From the NCBI GenBank assembly GCA_040752415.1, contig JBFMGU010000123.1, positions 1-31,168 on the forward strand: a stretch of DNA of 31,168 bases, read 5' to 3'. Below are positions 18,764-27,662 of this stretch, one piece after another. Numbering within the stretch: the stretch's first letter is position 1; each line of letters starts with the position of its first letter. The stretch is from Myxococcota bacterium. Lineage in GTDB: Bacteria > Myxococcota > JACRCW01. The notes under the pieces were generated by a model. That model had not been told where the DNA came from. It did not search any database and saw only the letters and a list, made by a program, of their open reading frames with translations. The position numbers and the translations under genes were made by a program.

Positions 18764-20533
18764 CTACCAGCAGAACATGAAGGGCTCTGACACCCGTGAG
18801 ACGGTTCCGTCGGCCGTCACCGTGCCGTCGGACCACGTTCCCTGTCTCCAACACCGTTGCGTCAATCCGCTGCTGGTGTCCGAGCTGAGCAGCATGATGT
18901 CGTTGGTCTGCCAATCCGCGCGCAGCTGCACGAAGAGGATGTCCCCGTCGGCGGGCGGCAGCAGGACCGGGTTGCCGTGGCCCTCGGCGGCGGTCCACGT
19001 GGCGGTGGTGACCTGCGTGGGCGTGGCCAGCTCGTTGTAGGCGAACACGGCCCGGCCGGTGGTACCCGCAAACGCCACGTCGACGCCACGCACGTCATGG
19101 GCCCGCACGGGAACGGCGGCGGGACGCGCCAGCCACGCCGTGCCGTCCCAGACGCCGCGCTCGACATATGCGTCGGCCGTGATCACGCCCACCGCGACGT
19201 TGCGACTGCCGGGCGTCGGGTCGGACGCGGCGGTCACCCACAGGGCCTTGCTGGGCAACGTGTACGCCGTGGTCTCGGCGCCCCACGACGCGCTGAAGAC
19301 GCGGGAGTGCAACGTGCTGCCCGCGGCGCCCCACAGCAGCATGACGTTCCCCGTGGCGGACTCCGCAACGAGGTCAAAGCACGGGGTGCTGCTGCCTACC
19401 GGCCGCGCGGCGGTCTCGATGCGGCTCTTCCACTCGTCGACGCCATTCCAACGAAGCGCGTGCAGCGCGTTGCCGGAGGCGCCGGTGAGCACGGCCACCA
19501 TGACGTCGTTGGTGCCGGGCCGCGGTTCCGCGCGCACCCACAGCCCCACGTCATCCAGCGCCACGTCGGCAAGCTGGTCGACCTCGTCCCAGCGGCCCTG
19601 CGTCCGGCGACGGTACTTGAAGGTGGGGGTCACGTCGGCAAAGACCACCAGCGCATCGCCCGTTGTCGCCTCGAAGGCGAGGTCGAAGCGTCGGGTGTTG
19701 GAGCGTGGTCCTCCGACGATGCTGCCGAGCGCCGCGCTCCAGGTCTCTCCCCAGCTCGCGCCGTTCCAGGTGTGCACGGTCAGGTTTCCGTCGTCATCCA
19801 GGGCGCCGAGCACGGCCTCGTTGCCACGCGGGGATGACCGGAGCACCACCCAGGCAACGTCGGTGGACGTCGGCGGAAGGTCCACTTCCGCGGAGAGGTT
19901 GCTGCCGTCCCAGACGCGATAGCGTGGAGGCGTGGTGGCGGTTGCGTCGTAGGCCGCCAGGCCCCAGGTCCGGCATTGTCCGTCGTGACACCGCGCGCCC
20001 ACGGCACAAGCGGGGCTCTCGCCGCAGCGCCCACCGGAGGAGCTGGAAGCGCTGGTGGAGCTCGACGCGCTGCTGCTGGATGTTCCCGCGGTGCTGGAGA
20101 CGCTGGCGGCGCTGCTCCCGGACGAGCTCCCGGCGCTGCTGGAGGCGCTGGCACTGCTGCTGACGGAGGCGACGGTGGGGGAGCTGCTCGACGACGACGC
20201 GCTGGAGCGGCCCCGACTGGACGTGTTGCCGGAGCTGTTGGATGACGACGCTGCAGAGGAGACGCTGCTCGACGAGACGCTGGACGCGCTGCTGCCGGAC
20301 GACGGCGCCCCACCGCTGGCCCCTCCGTCCGCCGGACCTCGGCCGGAGCGGCCGGACAGGCACACCCCCGCACCGTCGGATTGCGGCCGCGTGGTGTCGC
20401 ACCGGTGGAAGGCCTCGCAGTCCGCGTCGGAGTTGCACGGCTGCGACGGAAGTCGACACCCGCACGCCAGCATGGTGGCGACCAGCCACGGCAGACGTGA
20501 CACCGTCATGCGAGCTGTGTTGACAACGCTCAT
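18764..20533 (-). CDS. Lipoprotein with Cys-rich module, Ser-rich linker and WxG-repeat (propeller/lectin-like) domain
   Basis: Lipobox LACGC; CNSDADC...C...C; about 95-aa Ser tract; repeats VWDGS, TWNGASW, RWNGVDEW, VWDGTAW. Alternative start ATG 20509. Confidence 0.8.
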   Translation of the reverse strand: MSVVNTARMTVSRLPWLVATMLACGCRLPSQPCNSDADCEAFHRCDTTRPQSDGAGVCLSGRSGRGPADGGASGGAPSSGSSASSVSSSSVSSAASSSNSSGNTSSRGRSSASSSSSSPTVASVSSSASASSSAGSSSGSSAASVSSTAGTSSSSASSSTSASSSSGGRCGESPACAVGARCHDGQCRTWGLAAYDATATTPPRYRVWDGSNLSAEVDLPPTSTDVAWVVLRSSPRGNEAVLGALDDDGNLTVHTWNGASWGETWSAALGSIVGGPRSNTRRFDLAFEATTGDALVVFADVTPTFKYRRRTQGRWDEVDQLADVALDDVGLWVRAEPRPGTNDVMVAVLTGASGNALHALRWNGVDEWKSRIETAARPVGSSTPCFDLVAESATGNVMLLWGAAGSTLHSRVFSASWGAETTAYTLPSKALWVTAASDPTPGSRNVAVGVITADAYVERGVWDGTAWLARPAAVPVRAHDVRGVDVAFAGTTGRAVFAYNELATPTQVTTATWTAAEGHGNPVLLPPADGDILFVQLRADWQTNDIMLLSSDTSSGLTQRCWRQGTWSDGTVTADGTVSRVSEPFMFCW

Positions 20534-20673
20534 GAGCCGTCCTGCGGCGGGGGCGCTTCATCAACAGACGCAAGCGTGAGCGCATTTGCCGTGCGACGTT
20601 GTCCTGTCCCGTCACGGACGCGCTTCCGTCGACACGGCGGGAATGATGCGCACCGCTCGCCGCACGACGGCGT

Positions 20674-20921
20674 AGCCTCGCCCGGGCCTGCTGTTACGCT
20701 TGTTTTCGTTCAGGTTGACCTTGGAAGTGACGGGCCCTTGGCCGCGGAATCGCAGGCAGGAATGGCTGCGCCACGGAATCCGTCGATAGCGTGACCCACG
20801 GGGCATTGGTTGTCGTAGCGGGTTCAATGGTCCGTGGCGCAGCCATTCCTGTCTGCGATTCCGCGGCCAAGGGCGATCACTTCACTGATCAATCTGAATG
20901 GGAACCCCTGTAGGCGAGGCT
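20674..20921 (+). repeat. Long hairpin/inverted repeat, candidate structured ncRNA or MITE
   Basis: Core arms 20734-20777 and 20831-20874 pair 43/44 Watson-Crick plus one G-T; outer stems GAAGTGA/TCACTTC, 20702-20720/20887-20905 and AGCCTCGCC/GGCGAGGCT; 53-nt loop. Confidence 0.9.
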
Positions 20922-20935
20922 GGGCGCCGCGCCAC

Positions 20936-21322
20936 TCAGTCATTCGGGTAACGCGGGCCCTTCCCCTGTTGCGCCTTCTGCTCGGTGGCCTCGTACTCCG
21001 CGCGACGCGCGAACGTGGCCTTCGGGTCCACCACCGCGAGCTTCTGCGAGACGAGCATGTGCCCCGCGTCGAGCCAGATGGGCCCGGTGCGGTCGATCAT
21101 CGCCACGTACTCGACGTAGCAGGGCTCCGGCCCCGACCCCACGGCAACCGTCTCGTCGTGAACCAGGCGGATCTCGGTGGCCGTCTTGAGGAGCCGCTCC
21201 AGCGTGTCACGGGACGCGCGCGGGTCCTTGCCAACCTGCAGCCCGAGCAGCGGCACGGTCCTGTCCTTGAACTGGACGGTGAGGTCCGCATTCACCGAGA
21301 CCACGTGCTGGGGTGCAATCAT
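20936..21322 (-). CDS. Degenerate staphylococcal-nuclease (thermonuclease)-like protein
   Basis: SNase-like pattern VVSV.AD.T...VPLLGL...A.RDTLERLL...IRL..D...YV...MLVSQKLAVV...EYEATEQKAQQGKG; catalytic Arg/Asp/Glu positions appear absent. Alternative start GTG 21373. Confidence 0.62.
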   Translation of the reverse strand: MIAPQHVVSVNADLTVQFKDRTVPLLGLQVGKDPRASRDTLERLLKTATEIRLVHDETVAVGSGPEPCYVEYVAMIDRTGPIWLDAGHMLVSQKLAVVDPKATFARRAEYEATEQKAQQGKGPRYPND

Positions 21323-21387
21323 GTGCGGTTCCGAAGCTGTGGAGAGAAAGAGACGAACACACCAGGGCGACACCGTCGCGCATCACG

Positions 21388-22281
21388 TCATTGCAGGTTG
21401 TCGAACGTGATGGTGGGCGCGCCGTGGCCCGTCTGGCGGATGTTGTCCTTGATGATGTTCACGATGAATTGCTGCGTGCCGTGGTTGATATCGATCCACT
21501 CTTCCTTGGGATTGGAAGCGCCGGGGCCGTAGTGCCGGTCCATGTAGTCGCGGTGCGGCGCCATGGCGGGGTTGTCCATGCGCGTGCTGCGCGCCTCGTT
21601 GCCGAAGTGATCGTCGTGGGGAAGGTCCGTGGCGCCTTCCGGGAGGGGCCACGGTGGCGTCTTGATGCCGTTGGCCTCCGCGCGCTTGCGCACGTCAAAC
21701 GCGGCGTGTGCCATCTCGTGGATGATGGTGTCCGCCAGCTCCTGCGGGTTCTGCACGTGCTCCGCCTTGGCGGGGTTGATGGCCAGCGTGCCCATGCCCG
21801 GGAAGTAGCCGCCAAAACGCTCCACGCCACGGATCTGCAGCCCCGGCACCGAGGAGTACCGGATGGGATTCCCGCCGGGGAACTTGTCGAAATACGACGA
21901 CAACGCCTGGTAGCGCGGGTCCTTGGCCAGCGTGGAGAGCACCTCACGCTGCGCGGGCGTGGCGCCCAGCTCGGTGAGGAACTTGTGGGAGGGGATGAGC
22001 GGCTGGCCGAACGTCTGCGCAATGGTGGCGTCGTCCGGCATGCCCTTGCGCAGGTTCGCGGCGGGGGGAGGGCGTGAGGCACCCGTGGTGAGGAAGGTGG
22101 GGCGCGGGCGCTCGTATCCGTCGCCAAAGGGTTGCTGGCGCTGGCCGGGTGCGGGCTGCGCGGTGCCCGGCGTGCCGCCGCCGTGGGAATGCGCGTGGCC
22201 CTGATGGTTCTGCACCGGTGCGCCGGTGGTCCGCTGTGAGACGTTGGTTCGATTGCCTGCGCCTGAAACGGGACCGCTCAT
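21388..22281 (-). CDS. HExxH zincin metallopeptidase-like protein with low-complexity N-terminus
   Basis: GGYF...LAINP...ELADTIIHEMAHAAF; Q/P/G/T-rich N-terminus without a Sec signal; ATG 22281 follows GAGGT (alternative GTG 22290). Confidence 0.78.
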   Translation of the reverse strand: MSGPVSGAGNRTNVSQRTTGAPVQNHQGHAHSHGGGTPGTAQPAPGQRQQPFGDGYERPRPTFLTTGASRPPPAANLRKGMPDDATIAQTFGQPLIPSHKFLTELGATPAQREVLSTLAKDPRYQALSSYFDKFPGGNPIRYSSVPGLQIRGVERFGGYFPGMGTLAINPAKAEHVQNPQELADTIIHEMAHAAFDVRKRAEANGIKTPPWPLPEGATDLPHDDHFGNEARSTRMDNPAMAPHRDYMDRHYGPGASNPKEEWIDINHGTQQFIVNIIKDNIRQTGHGAPTITFDNLQ

Positions 22282-22364
22282 CCGGACCACCTCGCAACTT
22301 TCCTGACGTGTGGCTCACGCCATCCTCGCACGAACGAGGCGGCGTGGCGAGGTGATCCCCGGGG

Positions 22365-25271
22365 CTACTCGACCATCCCGAAGGTTTGCCCCTCACTGTC
22401 CGACCACACGAGACGTCGACCGGTGGGGTCCACCGTCATCTGGTCCGGCGTGGCGCTGATGGGCGTGCGGGAGAGCACTTCCACGTCGGGGCAGCCCGCG
22501 GGTCCGTTGTCACGCGGCGCCATGGCCATCTCCAGCAGCACTCCCTGCGTGCCCACGTACAGGCGCCGCCCATCCGGGCTGGCCACGATGCTCCCGTCGA
22601 GGAACGGCGGTGGTCCCATGGAAACGTATTGCCCGTCGCGTCCCAGGCACCCAAGCTCCGGCGCGTACAGCGGCTCATGCACGAAGATGCCCAAGAGCGC
22701 GCCGCTGGGGAGCGCCACCCCGGGATACACCCCGCCGCCCAGGCGCGTGTCGACGACGAACGGCGCCACCGAGAAATCCACCGTCACCAGCTTGGGCCGA
22801 CCGAAGATGTCCGTGGTGTACAGATAGAGACGGTCCGCCTGCGCGCTGAGATACGGGTAGCCCCAGCCGCACGTCTCGGGCACCACCACCTCCGGCTTGT
22901 TGTTCGGGTCGCCGCCGCGCGGCAGCACCACCATCCACGCGTCCTGGGCCGGCTTCTCGGCGCCGCCACCGGGGGGAACGCCCTGGGTGGGGCAGGGTGA
23001 TTCCACCTCCACGCTGTTGCGGATGCGCAGCGCCAGGATGCTGGTCTCCGTGGTGGCCAGGGGAAGGATGAAGGGCTTGCCCGCCGGCTCCACCATCTCC
23101 ACGTCGACGGCCAGCGCCGGGCTCTCCAGGTCCCAGCGCAGCATCACCCAGGTGGACTCGTAGAGCTCCGTGGTGAGCAGCCAGCGCACGTGGCCCTCGT
23201 CGTCGGCCATGGACGCCACGGTGTAGAAGGGCAGGCCGTAGGAGACCTGGAAGGGCGAGGGATAGCCGCTGACGTCGGTGATCATGATGCTGCGCTCGTG
23301 CGCCACGGCGATCTTGCCGGCCTGCCTGAGCGGCCACGCGCCGCGCGGTTGTCCCAGGATGCTGACGCGGTCCAGCAGCGTCCCCTCGGCGGTGAGCTTG
23401 TCCACCTGGCCGCCGGAGGTGGGGATGGCCACCGCGGTGAGCCCGTCGTAGGAGCGCACCGCGCGGTAGGCCACCGACGTGGAAACCGTCTGCCCGCCCT
23501 GTCCGTACGCCGCGGCCTGCAGGTTGTCGTAGCTCACCAGGCGGCGCGCGCCGCTGGGGTCGGTGGGGTCGGTGGGCGGCAGGCCCAGCACGCGTCCCGC
23601 CGAGGGCAACACCGCCGCGTTGCGTACCACCGGCCCCAGGTCCACGCGCGCGGGACGGGATGCGTCGCCCTCGCCTCCGTCGGGAATGCCGGCGTCACCG
23701 TCGGTGGGAACGCTGCCTCCGTCGTCAAGCGAGCGCACGCCGCCGTCGGACAGGTCCGGCACGCCGCCGTTGTCGGGAGGCCAGGGGCCCGGTCCCACGC
23801 CGCCATCCGGCATCTTCCCGGAGGTGTCCAGCACGCACAGCTGCACCGCCGTGGATGTCACCGAGGCGGAGTAGTCCACCGCCGCGGGGACCAGGGCGAA
23901 CGCGTCCGTCTGCCAGGGGACAATCTCCAGGATTCCCGCCGGCGGCGCGGGCGGAAGCGGCTGTCCCGACGTCGGATCCCACGAGGGCGAACACAGCTGG
24001 TACTCGCAGCTCATGCTGTTGCCGACCATCAGCTCCGCCTTGCCCGCCGGCGTCACGGTGTCGGGTGTCTCTCCCACGTCGTAGACCTGCGCGGTGAGCT
24101 GCCACTGCTGCGGCGCCGTCTCCTCGCACGCGAGCACCAGCAGCACGTTCTGGTACTCGTGACCCGCGCGCGGGAGCACACCCGGGCCCACCATGCCCAT
24201 GGCCACCGGCACCGCGTGCGTCTCGGTGTTGGCCACCGGTTCCACCTGCACCGTCCCGTCGGGGAACGACACGGTCCGCAGCCGGTAGTCCTGCACGCCT
24301 AGCATCTCCACCACCATCAGGAACGGGGCGGCCAGGTAGCCGCCGGGGTGCACCAGCGGAGCGCGCACCTCCAGCTCGTCGCTGGTCCACCATCCCGCCC
24401 GGATGCGACGGGTGAGACGCGGAGCGTCGCCGGGGCTGTCCTGCCGCACCACCTGCTCCACGCCCACCGGCAGCACGTAGCGACCCTCGCCGACGACGGC
24501 GTCCCCGCCCTGGGTGTAGAACTCCACCGGCTGCAGGTACTCCACGTGCGCGCCCGCCACGCCCGCGTCGCGCATCTCCTGGAACATCTCGGTGGTGGTG
24601 CGCTGCTGCAGGGAGACGGTGGCCAGGTACTTCATGGCGGTGGGGTCGGGGGCCAGGCCCAGGTTGAAACCCACCACCAGCGAGTCCGCGGCCTGACCGC
24701 CAAAACAGGTGCCCACGACGCCAATGCCAACGGGCTCCTCCTTCCCGTCCAAGCTGGGAACGTCCGTCTGTGCGCAGAAGTTGGGCAGACCGGTTCCCGC
24801 CGCGGTGATGGCCAGCTGCGGCTCGATGGCGCCGTGCGAACGCAACGCCTGCAGGTGACCTGGGCCCAGGAAGCGCACCTCGTCAAAGCTCACCCCGGAG
24901 CGCCCGTCGCTGACCACGCGCACCACGCCGCTGGTCATCTCGTTGGGGATGTCCGCCTCCAGCTGCGTGTCGGAGGAGCCGGGGCGCAGGGCCAGCAGCG
25001 TGCTGCCCACGTAGAGCTGCGCCAGCTCGCGGTTCCAGTTGCGGCCCGTCACGCGCAGCAGGTCCCCCGCGAACGCGCGCCACAACACGCCGCCGTCCAC
25101 GCCGGAACGGTTGGGAATGACCTCGATGGACTCGATCACCGGCGGCGTGCCCGCGTCGGGAATGCCGGCGTCACCTTCAGGCTTCTCGTCGACCAGCGGC
25201 GCCGGCCCCACCACGCGCGGACAACCCAGTCCGCAGCACGCCGCCAACAGCCACCAACGCAATGCGCGCAT
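22365..25271 (-). CDS. Large lipoprotein with IPT/TIG-like domain and beta-propeller-like repeats
   Basis: Lipobox GLGC after ATG 25271; PVIESI...GDLLRVTGRNW...SDTQLEADIP...SGVVRV; C-terminal ASPDGRRLYV and VDPTGRRLVW; DGG/DAG linkers. Confidence 0.8.
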   Translation of the reverse strand: MRALRWWLLAACCGLGCPRVVGPAPLVDEKPEGDAGIPDAGTPPVIESIEVIPNRSGVDGGVLWRAFAGDLLRVTGRNWNRELAQLYVGSTLLALRPGSSDTQLEADIPNEMTSGVVRVVSDGRSGVSFDEVRFLGPGHLQALRSHGAIEPQLAITAAGTGLPNFCAQTDVPSLDGKEEPVGIGVVGTCFGGQAADSLVVGFNLGLAPDPTAMKYLATVSLQQRTTTEMFQEMRDAGVAGAHVEYLQPVEFYTQGGDAVVGEGRYVLPVGVEQVVRQDSPGDAPRLTRRIRAGWWTSDELEVRAPLVHPGGYLAAPFLMVVEMLGVQDYRLRTVSFPDGTVQVEPVANTETHAVPVAMGMVGPGVLPRAGHEYQNVLLVLACEETAPQQWQLTAQVYDVGETPDTVTPAGKAELMVGNSMSCEYQLCSPSWDPTSGQPLPPAPPAGILEIVPWQTDAFALVPAAVDYSASVTSTAVQLCVLDTSGKMPDGGVGPGPWPPDNGGVPDLSDGGVRSLDDGGSVPTDGDAGIPDGGEGDASRPARVDLGPVVRNAAVLPSAGRVLGLPPTDPTDPSGARRLVSYDNLQAAAYGQGGQTVSTSVAYRAVRSYDGLTAVAIPTSGGQVDKLTAEGTLLDRVSILGQPRGAWPLRQAGKIAVAHERSIMITDVSGYPSPFQVSYGLPFYTVASMADDEGHVRWLLTTELYESTWVMLRWDLESPALAVDVEMVEPAGKPFILPLATTETSILALRIRNSVEVESPCPTQGVPPGGGAEKPAQDAWMVVLPRGGDPNNKPEVVVPETCGWGYPYLSAQADRLYLYTTDIFGRPKLVTVDFSVAPFVVDTRLGGGVYPGVALPSGALLGIFVHEPLYAPELGCLGRDGQYVSMGPPPFLDGSIVASPDGRRLYVGTQGVLLEMAMAPRDNGPAGCPDVEVLSRTPISATPDQMTVDPTGRRLVWSDSEGQTFGMVE

Positions 25272-25332
25272 ACCCGCCACCTCGAGGTCCCGGAAGCATC
25301 CGCCCCGCCCCGCTGACGCGCAAGAAAGTACC

Positions 25333-26193
25333 CTAACGGCGACGGCGGCGTGACGGCGCGGCGGTGCGCAGTGGTTGCGGCGGGGATTGCAGGAGCAGCT
25401 TGCGCAGCGCGGCGGCGGCGGGCGGCAGGCGGTCCACGCCGCGGTGGACCAGGCTGAGTCGACGGAGGATGGGCGTCTTGGGATGCGGCAGCTCGCGCAG
25501 CTGGCCCAGCTTGAGGTCGGTCTGCACGGCGTGACGGGACACCAGCGCCACGCCAATACCCGCGCGCACGTTCCCCTTGATGGCCGCAATGCTTCCCAGC
25601 TCCATGACGATGTCCGCGTCGGGGAAATGCTGGTCCAGCAGCGCGCGCGTGGTGGCGCCGCGGGCAAACGCCACGAACGGGGAGCCCTTGAGCGGGACGC
25701 CGGGCGCGCCCACCAGGATGAGCTCGTCGTCCATCCACGGCTCACCGTCGGGGTGCGCGGCCACCACCAGGTCCAGCGCGCCGGCGTGCAGCGCGTTGAG
25801 CAGCTCGTCGGTGGTGGATTCCCGCAGCAGGAAGCGCAGCGTGGGATGCGCGGCGCGGAAGCGCGCCAGCACGGGCGGGAGCAGGTAGGTGCACGCGGTG
25901 GCGCCCGCGCCCAGGCGGACCTCCCCGGCCTGCAGGCCCTCCACCTCGGCCACGGCGCGTTTCCCGTCGTTGACCGCGGCCAGCGCGGCCTGGGCCCGGG
26001 GCATCAGCGCGTGGCCCGCCGCGGTCAGCTCCGCGCCGCCGCGACCCCGGTGGAACAGCCGCGCGCCAAAGAAGTCCTCGAGGCGGTGGATGGACGCGGT
26101 CAGCGCGGGCTGGGTGAGGTGCGCGCGCCGCGCCGCCTCGGTGAACGTGCCGTGCTCGGCCACCAGCAGGAAGTGTTGGAGCTCATCAAGCAT
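25333..26193 (-). CDS. LysR-family transcriptional regulator
   Basis: HTH FTEAARRAHLTQPALTASIHRLE...LFHR...LTAAG; substrate-binding domain GEVRLGA...VRAGIGVALV. Confidence 0.95.
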   Translation of the reverse strand: MLDELQHFLLVAEHGTFTEAARRAHLTQPALTASIHRLEDFFGARLFHRGRGGAELTAAGHALMPRAQAALAAVNDGKRAVAEVEGLQAGEVRLGAGATACTYLLPPVLARFRAAHPTLRFLLRESTTDELLNALHAGALDLVVAAHPDGEPWMDDELILVGAPGVPLKGSPFVAFARGATTRALLDQHFPDADIVMELGSIAAIKGNVRAGIGVALVSRHAVQTDLKLGQLRELPHPKTPILRRLSLVHRGVDRLPPAAAALRKLLLQSPPQPLRTAAPSRRRRR

Positions 26194-26293
26194 GCCGCAG
26201 GTGTATCACCGTGGCCGTGGACGGAGCCTCCGTCCCGACGTCACCAGACGCGCTGACGCTTGGCGGGTACATCCGGGACGGGAGGTTACGACC

Positions 26294-26536
26294 ATGCAGC
26301 TCACCCTCACTCCCCTGGAAGCCCAGGTTCTCCGCAAGGCCCTGGACCGTCACCTCCAGATCATGCAGGACGAGGTGGCGCACACCGAGAAGATCAGCCT
26401 GCAGCGCGAGCTGGCGCACGACATCGACGACGTGGTGAACATCCGCCGCAAGCTCAACGAGCTGGAGCGCGAGCAGGCCCTGAGCGGCAAGGACGTCGAC
26501 GCCAAGCCGTTCGGCCGGTCCCCGCTCTACCCGTGA
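26294..26536 (+). CDS. Small helical hypothetical protein (80 aa)
   Basis: GGAGG RBS at 26281; MQLTLTPLEAQVLRKAL...EVAHTE...LQRELAH; GC3-rich codon usage. Confidence 0.8.
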   Translation: MQLTLTPLEAQVLRKALDRHLQIMQDEVAHTEKISLQRELAHDIDDVVNIRRKLNELEREQALSGKDVDAKPFGRSPLYP

Positions 26537-26543
26537 GGCCCGG

Positions 26544-27662
26544 TCACAACACCGGCAGGCGCTCCGCCATCCGCTTCATGCTCACCGGCAGGCGGCGACG
26601 TCCCCAGTGGCCCGGCGGCCCGTCGAACACGCCGGCGATCTGCGTCCCGCACGCCAGGCAGTGACCGCTGGGGTCCAGCTTCCACGCGGTCAGCTCATGC
26701 CAGTCCCGCCCGATCACCACCGACTTGCAGCCGGGGCACAACGTCTGGCCGCCGTCGTCGTCGTGGACGTTGCCGGTGTAGACGTAGCGCAGCCCCTCCC
26801 GCATGGCGATGTTGCGCGCGCGCGTCAGCGTCTCCGGCGGCGTGGCCGGGATGTCCAGCAGGCGGTAGTCCGGGTGGTAGGCGGTGAAGAACAGCGGCAC
26901 GTCCACGCCCAGGTTGTCCCGGATCCACACGCTCATCTTCGTCAGCTCCTCGTCGGAGTCGTTCTTGCCGGGGATGAGCAGCGTGGTGATCTCCGTCCAC
27001 ACCCTGGTCTTGTTGACGAGGTAGGCCAGCGTGTCCAGCACGGGCTGCAGGTGGCCCACGCACAGCTCGTGGTAGAACTCCTCGGTGAAGCCCTTGAGGT
27101 CCACGTTGGCCGCGTCCATGTGGCGGTAGAACTCCTCGCGCGGCTCCGCGCACATGTAGCCGGCGGTCACCGCCACCGTCTTGATGCCGCGCGCGCGACA
27201 CGCCTTGGCGACGTCGATGGCGTACTCCATGAAGATGACCGGGTCGTTGTAGGTGAACGCCACCGAGCGACACCCCAGCTGCTCCGCCACGCGCGCAATC
27301 AGCTCCGGGCTGGCCTCATCCGCCAGCGTGTCCGTCTCGCGCGACTTGGAGATGTCCCAGTTCTGGCAGAACTTGCAGGCCAGGTTGCAGCCCGCGGTGC
27401 CAAAGGAGAGGATGCTGCTGCCGGGCAGGAAGTGGTTGAGCGGCTTCTTCTCGACGGGATCCACGCAGAATCCGCTGGAGCGGCCGTAGGTGGTGAGCAC
27501 CATCTCCTCACCCTGGCGCATGCGCACGAAACACATGCCGCGTTGTCCGTCGCGCAGCTGGCAGTAGCGCGGGCACACGTCGCACTGGATGCGCCCGTCG
27601 GCCACCTTGTGCCAGTGGCGCGCGGGGATGATGGCGGGGTCCTTGCTCGTCGTCGTTGTCAT
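26544..27662 (-). CDS. amrS: AmmeMemoRadiSam system radical SAM enzyme
   Basis: CDVCPRYC, DPVEKKPLNHF, CNLACKFCQNWDIS (CxxxCxxC), AFTYNDP, YVYTGN, C-terminal CxxC pairs. Confidence 0.95.
   Translation of the reverse strand: MTTTTSKDPAIIPARHWHKVADGRIQCDVCPRYCQLRDGQRGMCFVRMRQGEEMVLTTYGRSSGFCVDPVEKKPLNHFLPGSSILSFGTAGCNLACKFCQNWDISKSRETDTLADEASPELIARVAEQLGCRSVAFTYNDPVIFMEYAIDVAKACRARGIKTVAVTAGYMCAEPREEFYRHMDAANVDLKGFTEEFYHELCVGHLQPVLDTLAYLVNKTRVWTEITTLLIPGKNDSDEELTKMSVWIRDNLGVDVPLFFTAYHPDYRLLDIPATPPETLTRARNIAMREGLRYVYTGNVHDDDGGQTLCPGCKSVVIGRDWHELTAWKLDPSGHCLACGTQIAGVFDGPPGHWGRRRLPVSMKRMAERLPVL

Noticed and set aside
20674..20921. Retron msr-msd or 6S RNA as the identity of the hairpin
   Set aside because: No reverse transcriptase gene is in the window. 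A 44-bp nearly perfect stem with a large terminal loop does not match the central-bubble shape of 6S RNA. An Rfam scan is needed to exclude these fully.
23678..25175. 22-bp exact direct repeat (23678-23699 and 25154-25175)
   Set aside because: Both copies encode the common GDAGIPD linker within one gene; not a mobile-element or CRISPR signature.
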